A stretch of DNA of 64,000 nucleotides from an uncultured Candidatus Saccharibacteria bacterium (GCA_964510655.1 CAZEAY010000001.1:99302-163301); one strand, 5' to 3'. Numbered from the stretch's first letter, positions 8,461 through 17,895 are shown. Notes: a model not told the origin generated them from the letters alone. Numbers and translations: made by a program.

Positions 8461-9708
8461 ATGGACTACCTTTCATTTTTATGTCAAAATATGAAAATGT
8501 GGAATTTTGGTACAAAAAGAATTTATGCTGATACGGCTGCGGCAACCACCATTGATTCGGTGGTCCTTAGGGTGATGTTGCCATATCTTTCTCGTGAAAC
8601 AGGGAATCCTTCTAGTTTGCATCAGGAGGGAGTACGAGCTCACAAGGCGGTAGAACAAGCTCGTAAACAAATTTCTGATATTTTAGGAGCTCACCCCGAT
8701 GAAATAATTTTTACGGGCAGTGGAACAGAGGGTGATAATTTAGCGATTTTAGGGGTGGCTCGGGGTTTATTGGCTAAAAATAAGATTAAAAATCCTGGGC
8801 ATATTATTACGACGGCTATCGAACATCAGGCGGTCTTAGAGTCTTGTCAGACGCTAGAAAAAGAGGGTTGGCAGGTAACTTATTTACCTGTGTCGAAAGA
8901 GGGAATAGTGGATTTAAATGCCCTGAAAGAATCTTTGAGGGAGGATACCGTCTTAGTTTCTGTCATGTATGCTAATAACGAAATTGGTACAATTGAGCCA
9001 ATTCGCGAGGTGGCAAAAATTTTACGTGAACATCGTAAGCAGAGCAATGAACTGCGACTTCCCTATTTTCATACTGATGCTTGTCAGGCTTCACGTTTTC
9101 TTCCTTTAGAAGTAGAGAAACTAGGCGTTGACCTTATGACCCTAAATGGTTCTAAGGTTTATGGACCAAAAGGGATTGGTTGTTTGTATGTAAAAAGGAA
9201 CACTTTTATTTCACCTATCTTGTTTGGCGGAGGTCAGGAAAGAGGTTTACGTTCTGGGACAGAAAATGTGGCTGGTGTTGTTGGACTGGCAAAAGCTTTG
9301 GCTTTAAGCCAGGAGCGAAAAGAAAAAGATAACACGCAATTGATTGCCGTTAGAGATTATTTTTTCCAAGAGCTTAGGGGTTTCCACGGTGTCAAAATAA
9401 ACGGTGATCTTTTAAATCGATTGCCAAACAATGTTAATGTTTCTTTCTCCGATAGTTTGGGTGAATGGTTGGTTTTAAGTCTTGATGCGCGAGGAGTGGC
9501 TTGTTCGACTGGTAGCGCTTGTTCGGCTCATTCCAAAGATAATTCACATGTTATAATGGCATTAGGTCATGATAAAAATCACGCCGACAGTGCCCTTCGT
9601 TTCTCTTTAGATCGGGGTACTACTAAGGCTCACATTGATTATATTATTAAGAGTTTAAAAGAAATTTTGTCTCAGAATAAAAATTTATTATTTAATCCTC
9701 AATCTTAA
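8461..9708 (+). CDS. cysteine desulfurase (class V aminotransferase, NifS/IscS-like)
   Basis: Motifs GSGTEGDNLA, PLP-lysine context TLNGSKVYGPKGIGCLYV, SGTENVAG. The true start may be the internal Met at about 8494 (MKMWNF...). Confidence 0.85.
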   Translation: MDYLSFLCQNMKMWNFGTKRIYADTAAATTIDSVVLRVMLPYLSRETGNPSSLHQEGVRAHKAVEQARKQISDILGAHPDEIIFTGSGTEGDNLAILGVARGLLAKNKIKNPGHIITTAIEHQAVLESCQTLEKEGWQVTYLPVSKEGIVDLNALKESLREDTVLVSVMYANNEIGTIEPIREVAKILREHRKQSNELRLPYFHTDACQASRFLPLEVEKLGVDLMTLNGSKVYGPKGIGCLYVKRNTFISPILFGGGQERGLRSGTENVAGVVGLAKALALSQERKEKDNTQLIAVRDYFFQELRGFHGVKINGDLLNRLPNNVNVSFSDSLGEWLVLSLDARGVACSTGSACSAHSKDNSHVIMALGHDKNHADSALRFSLDRGTTKAHIDYIIKSLKEILSQNKNLLFNPQS

Positions 9709-9713
9709 AATTT

Positions 9714-10325
9714 ATGTATGAAATTCCCTCTTTAATTTATAAATATGGTGATCTCGAGCCCCATATTGATGAGGCGACAATGCGTGTTCATCACACTAAA
9801 CACCATCAGGCTTATACCGACAAGTTAAATGCGGCATTAGAAAAATATCCAGATTTACAAGAGAAAGATTTAGCCACTTTAATTTATCAGGCTGAGACCA
9901 TGTTACCAGAGGATATTTGTTCAGCGGTCATAAACAATGGTGGCGGTTTTCTTAACCATAATTTTTGGTGGAATATCTTAGGTAAACCCAAAGATGAAAC
10001 CAATAAGCCAGAGGGAACGACTATCGGAGTAATGATCGATGAACAGTATGGTAGTTATGACCAGTTTAAAACTGAGTTTAAAGATAAGGCGTTGGGTTTG
10101 TTTGGGGCGGGCTGGACTTGGTTAGCTATCTCGAATAATAAGTTGGAAATTATCAATACGGCTAATCAAAATTTATTACCAAGTGATAAAAAGGCCTTAC
10201 TTGGTCTCGATGTTTGGGAGCATGCTTATTATTTAAAGTATCAAAATAGGCGAACCGAGTATGTTGATGCTTTCTTTCATATCATCGATTGGAAAAAGGT
10301 AGATGAACAGCTAAAAAAAGCGTAA
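9714..10325 (+). CDS. Fe/Mn superoxide dismutase
   Basis: HHTKHHQAY, FGAGWTWL, D-x-WEHAYYL metal-ligand motifs. Confidence 0.9.
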   Translation: MYEIPSLIYKYGDLEPHIDEATMRVHHTKHHQAYTDKLNAALEKYPDLQEKDLATLIYQAETMLPEDICSAVINNGGGFLNHNFWWNILGKPKDETNKPEGTTIGVMIDEQYGSYDQFKTEFKDKALGLFGAGWTWLAISNNKLEIINTANQNLLPSDKKALLGLDVWEHAYYLKYQNRRTEYVDAFFHIIDWKKVDEQLKKA

Positions 10326-10354
10326 AAAGCTGTTTAATTTAGGTTTTAGACCAA

Positions 10355-10383
10355 TTGACTATCTATTAAAAAGGTTGTAATAT
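10355..10383 (+). promoter_or_regulatory. sigma70-like promoter upstream of clpB
   Basis: TTGACT -35, 17-nt spacer, TAATAT -10; no CIRCE or CtsR element seen. Confidence 0.4.
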
Positions 10384-10463
10384 AAGGTTATTCTGGCTAT
10401 TTTTGTCGAAGTTGCCATATTTTAGTCACCCACCGCTTATGCCTGTAATTCTTTCGTAAAATT

Positions 10464-13160
10464 ATGCCTCCATTTCATCAATTTACTTCAAAAGCTAAAG
10501 AAGCCATCCGTAAGTCTCACGAGTTGGCCATTGAACGTGGACAAAACCAGGTTAATCCTGTGCATCTCTTAGCCGCTCTACTTTTGCAAGATGACAGTAT
10601 GGTCTTAACTATTTTTGAGAAGTTGGAAATTGATTCTATTATGTTGACCGATTTCCTTTTGGACTCTTTGGATGGGGTGGAATCTTCTAGTGTTGCTTCT
10701 CCTTCTTATCAAATTTATTTAACTCCAGAACTCGTTTCTGTTTTAGATTCGTCGTCTAAAATTGCCGACAAAATGAAAGATGATTTTGTTTCGACAGAAC
10801 ATTTATTGTTGGCTCTGCTGGAAGTTCCTAGTCAGGCGGTGGAAATCTTGAATCGTTTTCGGGTGACGCGCGATAATATTTCCAAAATTTTAGAAGAAAT
10901 TCGTGCCAATAAAGTCGATGTTGTTGATCATGGGCGAAAAAATAAGGCGATTGATAAATTTACCAAAAATTTGACCGATTTGGCTCGTAAAGATAAGTTA
11001 GATCCTGTGATTGGCCGGGAATCAGAAATTCGTCGAGTGATGGAGATACTCTCTCGCCGAACAAAAAATAATCCGATTTTAATTGGTGAAGCCGGAACCG
11101 GAAAAACGGCGATTGCTGAGGGGTTAGCGGTTCGGATTGCGAAAGGTGATGCCCCTGAGTCTTTACGAGAAAAGGAAATTGTTTCTTTGGATTTGGGGCT
11201 TCTTTTGGCTGGTACCAAGTATCGGGGAGAATTTGAAGAACGTTTAAAGAATATTATTAAAGAACTCGAAAAATCGGAAGGGAAAATTATTCTCTTTATT
11301 GATGAAATTCATACTATTGTTGGGGCGGGGGCGGCTGAAGGGGCGATTGATGCTTCTAATATGTTGAAACCGGCTCTGGCTCGTGGCGACTTGAAAGCGA
11401 TTGGAGCGACAACCCTGAAGGAATATCAAAAATATATCGAAAAAGATCAAGCGTTGACCCGTCGTTTCCAACCGGTTTTAGTAGAAGAGCCAAGCACTGA
11501 AGATGCTATTACTATTTTGCGTGGGTTGAAAAGCCGTTACGAGCTTCATCATGGAGTGCATATTACTGATGACGCGATTGTGGCGGCGGTAAATCTCTCT
11601 AGTCGTTATATTACCGACCGCTTTTTACCTGATAAGGCGATTGACTTGATTGATGAGGGAGCCGCCGCCCTACGTTTACAGTTGGAAAATAAACCAGCCG
11701 TGTTAGAAGATGCTCATCGGCGTATCATGACGCTCGAAGTAGAGCGAGAAGCCTTGCGTAAAGAGGTAGAATTGGATACTGAAAATAAAGAAGCTAAAAC
11801 TCGGATTAAGAGAATCGAAAAAGAAATTGGAGATTTGAAAGAGGAGACCAGTGAGCTGGAACTGCGTTGGAAAAATGAAAAGCAGACAATTTCGGAAATC
11901 AGAGATATTAAAGAAAAATTGGAATCTTTGAAGTTGGAGGCGGGTCAAGCTGAATTGCGTGTTGATCTCACTCGGGCGGCGGAGATTCGTTATGGTCAAA
12001 TTCCTGAATTGGAAAAGCAATTAGTCGCTCGTGAGACTAAGATTAAAAAATTACAGACTTCTCGTAAAATCTTAAAAGAAGAGGTCACGGCTGAGGAGAT
12101 CGCTAAAGTGGTTTCTCGTTGGACCGGCATTCCTGTAATGAAAATGTTGGAAGAAGAAGCCGAGAAATTGGCGCGTCTGGCTGATGAACTGGCTAAACGA
12201 GTTCGCGGTCAGGATGAAGCAATTAAAGAGGTGGCAGAGGCGGTTAAACGCTCTCGAGCTGGTATTTCTGATCCTGATCGTCCAATTGGTTCCTTTATGT
12301 TTTTGGGTCCGACCGGAGTTGGTAAAACAGAATTAGCTAAAACTTTGGCTAAGTTTATGTTTAATGATGACAAAGCTCTTATCCGAGTAGATATGTCTGA
12401 ATATATGGAGAAATATTCAGTCTCCAAATTGATCGGCTCTCCTCCTGGCTATGTTGGACATGAAGAGGGTGGTTCTTTGACCGAGACTGTTCGTCATCGA
12501 CCATATTCTGTTCTCCTCTTTGATGAAATCGAAAAAGCTCATCCAGAAGTCTTTAATATCTTGTTGCAAGTTTTAGATAATGGCCGGCTAACTGATTCCA
12601 AGGGGCGAGTGGTGAACTTCAAAAATACCATTATTATTATGACTTCTAATATTGGTAGTGAATATATTATTCGTCTGCAAAAAATTGGTTTCCGAGGAGA
12701 AAGTGAGAAAACTAGTTTCTCTGATGTAAAGGATAAGATTATGGAGTCTTTGAAAAATAATTTTCGACCAGAATTTTTGAATCGCTTAGATGATGTAATT
12801 ATTTTCAATCCTCTCTCTGAAGAAATTATTCGTCAAATTGTGGAAATTCAGCTCGGCTTGGTTAAGACTCGTTTGAAGGAAAAAAATATTCTTTTGGAGG
12901 TTACTCCTGAGGCAATTAATTATTTAGCCAAAGAAGGGTATAATCCGGAGTATGGCGCTCGACCACTGAAACGCTTGATTCAAAGTAAGATCCTAAATCA
13001 AGTGGCCCAGTATATTATCTCTAAACAAGTGGCCAAGGGGAGCGTGGTGACTGTCTCAATGAAGAATGGTTTAACTCAGGTTGATATTAGAGAAATTGCT
13101 AATCGTGGTAAAAGAATTGTTTCTAGCCACCGTCAACCGTCTTCGGGTAAGAAAAATTAA
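10464..13160 (+). CDS. clpB: ATP-dependent chaperone ClpB
   Basis: Clp N-domain repeats, two AAA+ modules (GEAGTGKT and GPTGVGKT Walker A) and a long coiled-coil M-domain between them. Confidence 0.9.
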   Translation: MPPFHQFTSKAKEAIRKSHELAIERGQNQVNPVHLLAALLLQDDSMVLTIFEKLEIDSIMLTDFLLDSLDGVESSSVASPSYQIYLTPELVSVLDSSSKIADKMKDDFVSTEHLLLALLEVPSQAVEILNRFRVTRDNISKILEEIRANKVDVVDHGRKNKAIDKFTKNLTDLARKDKLDPVIGRESEIRRVMEILSRRTKNNPILIGEAGTGKTAIAEGLAVRIAKGDAPESLREKEIVSLDLGLLLAGTKYRGEFEERLKNIIKELEKSEGKIILFIDEIHTIVGAGAAEGAIDASNMLKPALARGDLKAIGATTLKEYQKYIEKDQALTRRFQPVLVEEPSTEDAITILRGLKSRYELHHGVHITDDAIVAAVNLSSRYITDRFLPDKAIDLIDEGAAALRLQLENKPAVLEDAHRRIMTLEVEREALRKEVELDTENKEAKTRIKRIEKEIGDLKEETSELELRWKNEKQTISEIRDIKEKLESLKLEAGQAELRVDLTRAAEIRYGQIPELEKQLVARETKIKKLQTSRKILKEEVTAEEIAKVVSRWTGIPVMKMLEEEAEKLARLADELAKRVRGQDEAIKEVAEAVKRSRAGISDPDRPIGSFMFLGPTGVGKTELAKTLAKFMFNDDKALIRVDMSEYMEKYSVSKLIGSPPGYVGHEEGGSLTETVRHRPYSVLLFDEIEKAHPEVFNILLQVLDNGRLTDSKGRVVNFKNTIIIMTSNIGSEYIIRLQKIGFRGESEKTSFSDVKDKIMESLKNNFRPEFLNRLDDVIIFNPLSEEIIRQIVEIQLGLVKTRLKEKNILLEVTPEAINYLAKEGYNPEYGARPLKRLIQSKILNQVAQYIISKQVAKGSVVTVSMKNGLTQVDIREIANRGKRIVSSHRQPSSGKKN

Positions 13161-13174
13161 ATAATCAGACATAA

Positions 13175-13200
13175 AAAACCACCTGCTAGGTGGTTTTTTA
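13175..13200 (+). terminator. Rho-independent terminator after clpB
   Basis: Hairpin aaaaccacct-gct-aggtggtttt followed by a T-run. Confidence 0.75.
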
Positions 13201-13262
13201 TGTCTGGAAGTGCTCACCAATACTAGAGTAGACAATAGTAATTTGTGATATAATAATAACAA

Positions 13263-14075
13263 ATGGCTAGGAAATGGAATCCAAAAGAAGAAAAAACTTA
13301 TCATGATGAGCTTTACAATCTTTATGTTGTTAAAAATAAAAGTATAAGTGAAATTGCTGATATTTTAAATATTAAATTCCAAACAGTCTATCTCCGACTT
13401 AAAAGATTGAATATTAGTACTTGTCCAGAATTAAAACCTAAGTATCAAAACCGTCGGAATGATATTGTTATTCCCAAGAAATATACGGCGGATCTAGCGG
13501 AATTTTTTGGTATAATGTTTGGAGATGGAAATTTGACACATTTTCAGACGACGATAACTTTGGGAACAAAAGAATTATCTTATGCCCAGTATGTAAAATA
13601 TTTGATGGAAAAAATTTTTCATACTCATGTTAAGTTGACGATACGAGCAAATGGTTGTCGCGATATCTATATTGGTTCGGTTAAGTTGACGGATTGGTTG
13701 CAAGAAGAAGGTTTGGTATTTAATAAGGTTAAGAGTCAAGTTGGAGTACCGAATTGGATTTTCCAGAAAAGTCAGTATATGAAGAGGTTTTTGAGAGGAT
13801 TTTTTGACACTGACGGCTCTGTTTGTAAGCTCCGTTTTGGAATACAGGTTTCTTTTATAAATTACTCTTTTCCTATTCTGAAATCTTTACAATTGATGTT
13901 AAAAAAGTTAGAATACAAGCCATCGGAAGTCAGTTCTCATAAGGTTTATTTAACGAGAAAATCCGATGTTAAGAAATTTTTTTCTGAAATAAAACCGGCT
14001 AATCAAAAACACCAGTTAAGGTTTGAAAGGTTTAATATGCGCAGATACTCAAGCGGCAACGAGGACAGACTGTAA
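13263..14075 (+). CDS. LAGLIDADG-family homing endonuclease (double-motif, free-standing) with an N-terminal HTH-like domain
   Basis: Two LAGLIDADG motifs, FFGIMFGDGNL and LRGFFDTDGSV, about 100 aa apart; the last 37 nt including the TAA stop lie inside tRNA-Tyr (the stop is the anticodon-loop GTAAA). Confidence 0.8.
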   Translation: MARKWNPKEEKTYHDELYNLYVVKNKSISEIADILNIKFQTVYLRLKRLNISTCPELKPKYQNRRNDIVIPKKYTADLAEFFGIMFGDGNLTHFQTTITLGTKELSYAQYVKYLMEKIFHTHVKLTIRANGCRDIYIGSVKLTDWLQEEGLVFNKVKSQVGVPNWIFQKSQYMKRFLRGFFDTDGSVCKLRFGIQVSFINYSFPILKSLQLMLKKLEYKPSEVSSHKVYLTRKSDVKKFFSEIKPANQKHQLRFERFNMRRYSSGNEDRL

Positions 14076-14121
14076 ATCTGTTGGCCTATGGCCTCCGGGG
14101 GTTCGAGTCCCTCTCTGCGCA
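14039..14121 (+). tRNA. tRNA-Tyr (anticodon GTA), type II
   Basis: Acceptor gcgcaga/tctgcgc, D arm ctc-aagcggcaac-gag, anticodon stem acaga-cuGUAaa-tctgt, variable arm ggcctatggcc, T arm ggggg-ttcgagt-ccctc. Confidence 0.85.
14104..14121 (+). repeat. direct repeat copy 1 (cgagtccctctctgcgca), the 3' end of tRNA-Tyr
   Basis: Identical 18-mer recurs at 14303-14320. Confidence 0.9.
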
Positions 14122-14302
14122 CAAAACAAACGTCCTGGATGCGAAAGCATCTGGGGCGTATTGTTTTGTTTGACGCAGGGATGGATTCGAAAGACGGAGG
14201 CCGCGAAGCCGATTGAGCGAAGCGAAATCGTGGCCGAGTCAGGGCAGGAGCCACACAATATTTTTGGAGTTTATCGAATAAAAATATTGATGTGAGCTGC
14301 GC
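14122..14302 (+). ncRNA. candidate structured RNA or miniature inserted element (181 bp, GC-rich, GNRA hairpins)
   Basis: Nested perfect helices: acaaaacaaacg...cgt(a)ttgttttgt enclosing cctggatgc-GAAA-gcatctggg; ggccgcga...tcgtggcc enclosing gcgaagc and gcgaaa; composition sharply GC-richer than the flanks. Confidence 0.4.
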
Positions 14303-14320
14303 CGAGTCCCTCTCTGCGCA
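14303..14320 (+). repeat. direct repeat copy 2 of the tRNA-Tyr 3' end
   Basis: cgagtccctctctgcgca; no matching tRNA 5' half upstream, so this is not a second tRNA. Confidence 0.9.
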
Positions 14321-14428
14321 GTAACTTAAAAAATCAACTAATAAGTTACTCTTGACCGAATCCCGACTTGTAAAACTCCCATCCACTTTATATTTTTTCT
14401 AAACAAAATTTTATGTTAAAATGTCTCC

Positions 14429-15472
14429 ATGTTATCTAAAATAAAATACCCTTTTTTAATTTTACTGTTTGGTTTTCTTCTCCCTTTTAATTTTATCTTT
14501 GCTGAAACAGCTAAGACGGATTTTATCAAACTATTCTATTACCGTGATGGCGAACGAGCTTGGGAGTCTTTTCAAAAAAATGTTAAAAGTATTGATGTTA
14601 TCGCTCCGCAGTCTTATGGAGTTAGAGCTGACGGTGTACTTAAAGGTGGTTTAAAAGATGAATTTCTCTCTTTGGTGCGAGCTAATAAGGTAAAAATTAT
14701 GCCACTTTTGACCAATAGTGGTTTTAGTCAGAAAGATGTGCATGATATTTTAGATAATCCTGATATTCAAGACAAAATTATCCAGGCAATGGTGGCTGAG
14801 GGTAAAAAGCAAAATTATTGGGGTTGGCAATTTGATTTTGAACAAATGACAGCGGAATACCGTGATAAATATTCTGCTTTTGTAAAAAGAGCTTATCCAG
14901 AATTTAAAAAGAATAATCTTGTTTTTAGTGTTGCTGTTATTTCACAAACTTCTCTTGATCCTAATGCCTATCCGAATAACTTATGGCAGAGAGTGATTGG
15001 GGTTTATGATTATAAGGCTTTGGGTGCTAATTCAGATTTCCTAAGTATTATGTCTTACGATCAACCCGCTTCTGGCGGTCCGGTGGCTAGTCTGGATTGG
15101 GTGAAACAAGTCGTTCGTTTTGCCATTAGTCAGGTTCCTCCAGCCAAACTATCTCTTGGTATACCATTTTATTATTGGAAATGGGATGATAGTACGGGAA
15201 AATTGGTAGATATTGGTACCTACCGAAGGATTGATGAGTTATTTAAATATCCTAAGCAAATTATCAAAAAGGGCTGGAATCCGACCTATCAGGTTGGGTG
15301 GGTAAACTATACTCAATCAAAGAAGACTTATACTGCCTGGTATGAGAATTCACAGAGTTTTAGTCGCAAAATTGACCTAGCTTTGCTCTTTAAAATGCAT
15401 GGTTTCTCTGCCTGGGCTCTAGGACAGGAGGATCCGGACGTTCACTCAGTTATTGCGACGAGGAAAATATAA
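14429..15472 (+). CDS. secreted glycoside hydrolase family 18 (chitinase-like) protein
   Basis: Signal peptide; GH18 catalytic motif WGWQFDFEQM (DxDxE); (beta/alpha)8 pattern. Confidence 0.75.
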   Translation: MLSKIKYPFLILLFGFLLPFNFIFAETAKTDFIKLFYYRDGERAWESFQKNVKSIDVIAPQSYGVRADGVLKGGLKDEFLSLVRANKVKIMPLLTNSGFSQKDVHDILDNPDIQDKIIQAMVAEGKKQNYWGWQFDFEQMTAEYRDKYSAFVKRAYPEFKKNNLVFSVAVISQTSLDPNAYPNNLWQRVIGVYDYKALGANSDFLSIMSYDQPASGGPVASLDWVKQVVRFAISQVPPAKLSLGIPFYYWKWDDSTGKLVDIGTYRRIDELFKYPKQIIKKGWNPTYQVGWVNYTQSKKTYTAWYENSQSFSRKIDLALLFKMHGFSAWALGQEDPDVHSVIATRKI

Positions 15473-15530
15473 GCCTTGATTTATTACCGGCAATAGGTTA
15501 TAGTACCTAAGTTAAAGCTAATTCACCAAT

Positions 15531-15689
15531 ATGTCACAAGACCAATTAATCAAACTCGGCTGTAAGGATTGCAAAAACCTTAACTACTATACCCGAAAAA
15601 ATAAGAAACTCGTTGAGCGTAAAATTGAGCTCAATAAGTTTTGCAAATTCTGTAAAAAACAAACAGTACACAAGGAAGTCAAAAAGTAA
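15531..15689 (+). CDS. rpmG: 50S ribosomal protein L33 (52 aa; not in the ORF track)
   Basis: MSQDQLIKLGCKDCKNLNYYTRKNKKLVERKIELNKFCKFCKKQTVHKEVKK, the L33 CxxC...CxxC zinc-ribbon pattern. Confidence 0.85.
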   Translation: MSQDQLIKLGCKDCKNLNYYTRKNKKLVERKIELNKFCKFCKKQTVHKEVKK

Positions 15690-15691
15690 GA

Positions 15692-15718
15692 AAAAAGACC
15701 CCAATTGGGGTCTTTTTT
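15692..15718 (+). terminator. Rho-independent terminator after rpmG
   Basis: aaaaaagacccc-aatt-ggggtctttttt. Confidence 0.85.
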
Positions 15719-15769
15719 CTTACTTTATTTATGCTAGAATACTTTTGTGGCTGTAAGGCTGTTTTTTGA

Positions 15770-15841
15770 GGGCTTGTAGTTTCAATGGTAAAACATCGGT
15801 CTCCAAAACCGAGGTTCCGCGTTCGAGTCGCGGCGAGCCCG
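15770..15841 (+). tRNA. tRNA-Trp (anticodon CCA)
   Basis: Acceptor gggcttg/cgagccc, D arm gttt-caatggta-aaac, anticodon stem tcggt-cuCCAaa-accga, T arm ccgcg-ttcgagt-cgcgg. Confidence 0.85.
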
Positions 15842-15911
15842 CCTTTGGTACGCCGAAGCGTCCCTCCGGCGTGGCTAACCCCACTCTGGTGGTCGCGGAG
15901 GCGAGTATATT

Positions 15912-16142
15912 ATGTTTTATGTATATTCTTTAAAATGTAAAAGCGGTTATTATTTAGGCTGTACCGATAATCTTAAGGAACGCTTCTTAAGACATAAAAA
16001 GGGCTATGTCCCTTCTACGGCTAATCGCTTACCTATCAGTTTAGATTTTTACATTACTGTTAAGGATAGACATAAAGCTTTTCTTTTGGAGAAGTATTTT
16101 AAATCTGGCTCCGGACGATCATTTATTAAAAAACACTTTTAA
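15912..16142 (+). CDS. GIY-YIG nuclease domain protein (76 aa, free-standing)
   Basis: MFYVYSLKCKSGYYLGCTDNLKERFLRHKKG is a canonical GIY-x10-YIG...R...H pattern. Confidence 0.8.
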   Translation: MFYVYSLKCKSGYYLGCTDNLKERFLRHKKGYVPSTANRLPISLDFYITVKDRHKAFLLEKYFKSGSGRSFIKKHF

Positions 16143-16144
16143 AT

Positions 16145-16351
16145 ATGCAAAAAAAGTATCGTTTTTGGGTTTTTTTGTTTGTCTCAATTTTGGCGACAAT
16201 TGGAGCCTTTTTCCCGCTTAAACCAGCTCGTGGGCAATATTACGAAATTCCCCGTTTTGTTTCCATTGGCCAGTTTGTAAAATCTCCGAATAATCCTTTT
16301 AATTTTCGCAGTCAATTTTGGATTCGTTTACTCAAAGTGGAAGTTGATTAG
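16145..16351 (+). CDS. hypothetical small membrane protein
   Basis: Single TM near the N-terminus. Confidence 0.4.
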   Translation: MQKKYRFWVFLFVSILATIGAFFPLKPARGQYYEIPRFVSIGQFVKSPNNPFNFRSQFWIRLLKVEVD

Positions 16352-16378
16352 TTTTATCATTTTCTAATTTTAAACCAT

Positions 16379-16945
16379 ATGGCAAATAATCAGGTGGAGA
16401 TTGAGGTAAAGTTTAGGTTAGAAAATTTGTCTGTTTTAGAAGAAAAAATTAAATCGGCGGGTGGTCAGCTCTTACATCGAGATACTTTTCAACGAACCGT
16501 CAGAATGGACACTCCTGATGAACAACTTGAAAACAAAAAAGTGTTTTTGAGGGTGAGAGATGGCGAAAAGAAAGTTATGACTGTTAAAACAAAAATACCT
16601 AATACTGGCGAGAATTTTAAAATAAGTCAAGAATTGGAGGTTGAAGTCAGTGATATTTCTTTAGTGGAAAAAATGCTAGAGACGTTGGGGTTTACTAAAA
16701 AATTAATTATGGAAAAATATCGTACAGAGTATGAACTTTTGGGGACGTTTGTTGCTCTTGATAGGCTACCATTTGGTAATTATTTAGAAATCGAAGGAGA
16801 GCAGGGGGAAATTGAAAAAGTTATTGATATTCTTGGTCTTACTGATAAAGAACGTTTAGTTAGTACCTATTGGCATTTATTTGATGATTATAGAAAAGAT
16901 AATGGTCTAACCGACGAAAATATTGTTTTTTCCTCAACTAACTAG
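16379..16945 (+). CDS. CYTH domain protein (CyaB/thiamine-triphosphatase-like)
   Basis: N-terminal EIEVKF (ExExK) signature and downstream acidic strands. Confidence 0.7.
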   Translation: MANNQVEIEVKFRLENLSVLEEKIKSAGGQLLHRDTFQRTVRMDTPDEQLENKKVFLRVRDGEKKVMTVKTKIPNTGENFKISQELEVEVSDISLVEKMLETLGFTKKLIMEKYRTEYELLGTFVALDRLPFGNYLEIEGEQGEIEKVIDILGLTDKERLVSTYWHLFDDYRKDNGLTDENIVFSSTN

Positions 16946-17821
16946 GAAATCTTTAATTAGTTTTTCGGCTACTTCTGGTTTTTCCAGCCAGACAATTCTT
17001 CGGTCTTTTTTAAACCAAGTCATTTGACGTTTGGCGTACTTTAGACTTTCAGTTTTTATTCCCTGAAGCATTTCTTCTTTTGTTATTTTCTTTTGAAGAA
17101 AACGAGCGATGAAAGAGTATTCTAAGCCAAAACTTTCTAATCTTTTCCAAGATAGGCCATCTTCATGTAGTTTTTTTACTTCCCTAATCATTCCTTTTTT
17201 AAGCCGTTTGTCTAAGCGAACCGAGATGTTTTTTTCTAATTGTTCGTAGGGGACGCTAATTCCAATTTCCAAAGCATTATATTTTTGTTCTTTTTTGAGG
17301 ACGGGAACTTGACCCAGGTGTTTGGCGATTTCAATGGCGCGAATTAAACGATGGGGGTTTTTATTATCGATATTTTTGGCACGTTCAAGGTCCATTTTTT
17401 TTAATAAATGAAACATCTCAGTTGCCGACTTTTTTTCTAGCTCGCGACGTAGAGTTTTATTGGGTGGAACTTTTGGAAGAGAAATATTGTCGACAATACT
17501 TTGAATATAAAAACCAGTACCACCAACAATAATCGGAAGTTTTTGTCGTTTTAATATTCCAGCAATCGTCTGGTGGGCTTTCTTTTGGTAGTTTGCGACT
17601 GAGTAGATTTTTTTAGGATCTGATACATCGAGCAGGTGATGAGGGACGCCAGACATTTCCTTTTTGGTTATTTTCCCCGATCCTAAGTCCATACCTTTGT
17701 AGACTTGCCGAGAATCAGCAGAAACAACCTCACCACTGAATTGTTTGGCGAGTCTCACTGCTAGGTCGCTTTTGCCAGAAGTGGTTGGTCCCAGAATGAC
17801 GATAATTTTTGGCTTTATCAT
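16934..17821 (-). CDS. miaA: tRNA dimethylallyltransferase
   Basis: P-loop GPTTSGKS, ADSRQVYKGMDLGSGKIT, VPHHLLD, IVGGTGFY. Confidence 0.9.
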   Translation of the reverse strand: MIKPKIIVILGPTTSGKSDLAVRLAKQFSGEVVSADSRQVYKGMDLGSGKITKKEMSGVPHHLLDVSDPKKIYSVANYQKKAHQTIAGILKRQKLPIIVGGTGFYIQSIVDNISLPKVPPNKTLRRELEKKSATEMFHLLKKMDLERAKNIDNKNPHRLIRAIEIAKHLGQVPVLKKEQKYNALEIGISVPYEQLEKNISVRLDKRLKKGMIREVKKLHEDGLSWKRLESFGLEYSFIARFLQKKITKEEMLQGIKTESLKYAKRQMTWFKKDRRIVWLEKPEVAEKLIKDFLVS

Positions 17822-17895
17822 TGTTCTAATATACAGAAATAATTGCTAAAAGCAAAAAAATGTGGTAGTTATGGGTTAGCTTAAGGAGGCGTGCC

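Noticed and set aside
10384-10463. CIRCE (HrcA) or CtsR operator upstream of clpB
   Set aside because: Neither TTAGCACTC-N9-GAGTGCTAA nor the GGTCAAA heptad repeats are present. The GTCAAAgGTCAAA near serS has the wrong spacing for CtsR.
10928-12808. Antisense ORFs inside clpB (10928-11218, 11244-11471, 11703-12020, 12209-12427, 12539-12808)
   Set aside because: They are embedded antisense in a well-supported long CDS, with low-complexity translations.
14230-14320. A second tRNA at the downstream repeat copy
   Set aside because: Only the 3' 18 nt match a tRNA. No complementary 5' acceptor strand (gcgcaga) or D/anticodon arms lie upstream.
14003-14386. ORFs 14003-14386(-), 14023-14295(+) and 14049-14258(-) over tRNA-Tyr and the GC-rich segment
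   Set aside because: The region is better explained by a tRNA plus structured RNA/repeats. The translations are low-complexity and overlap on both strands.
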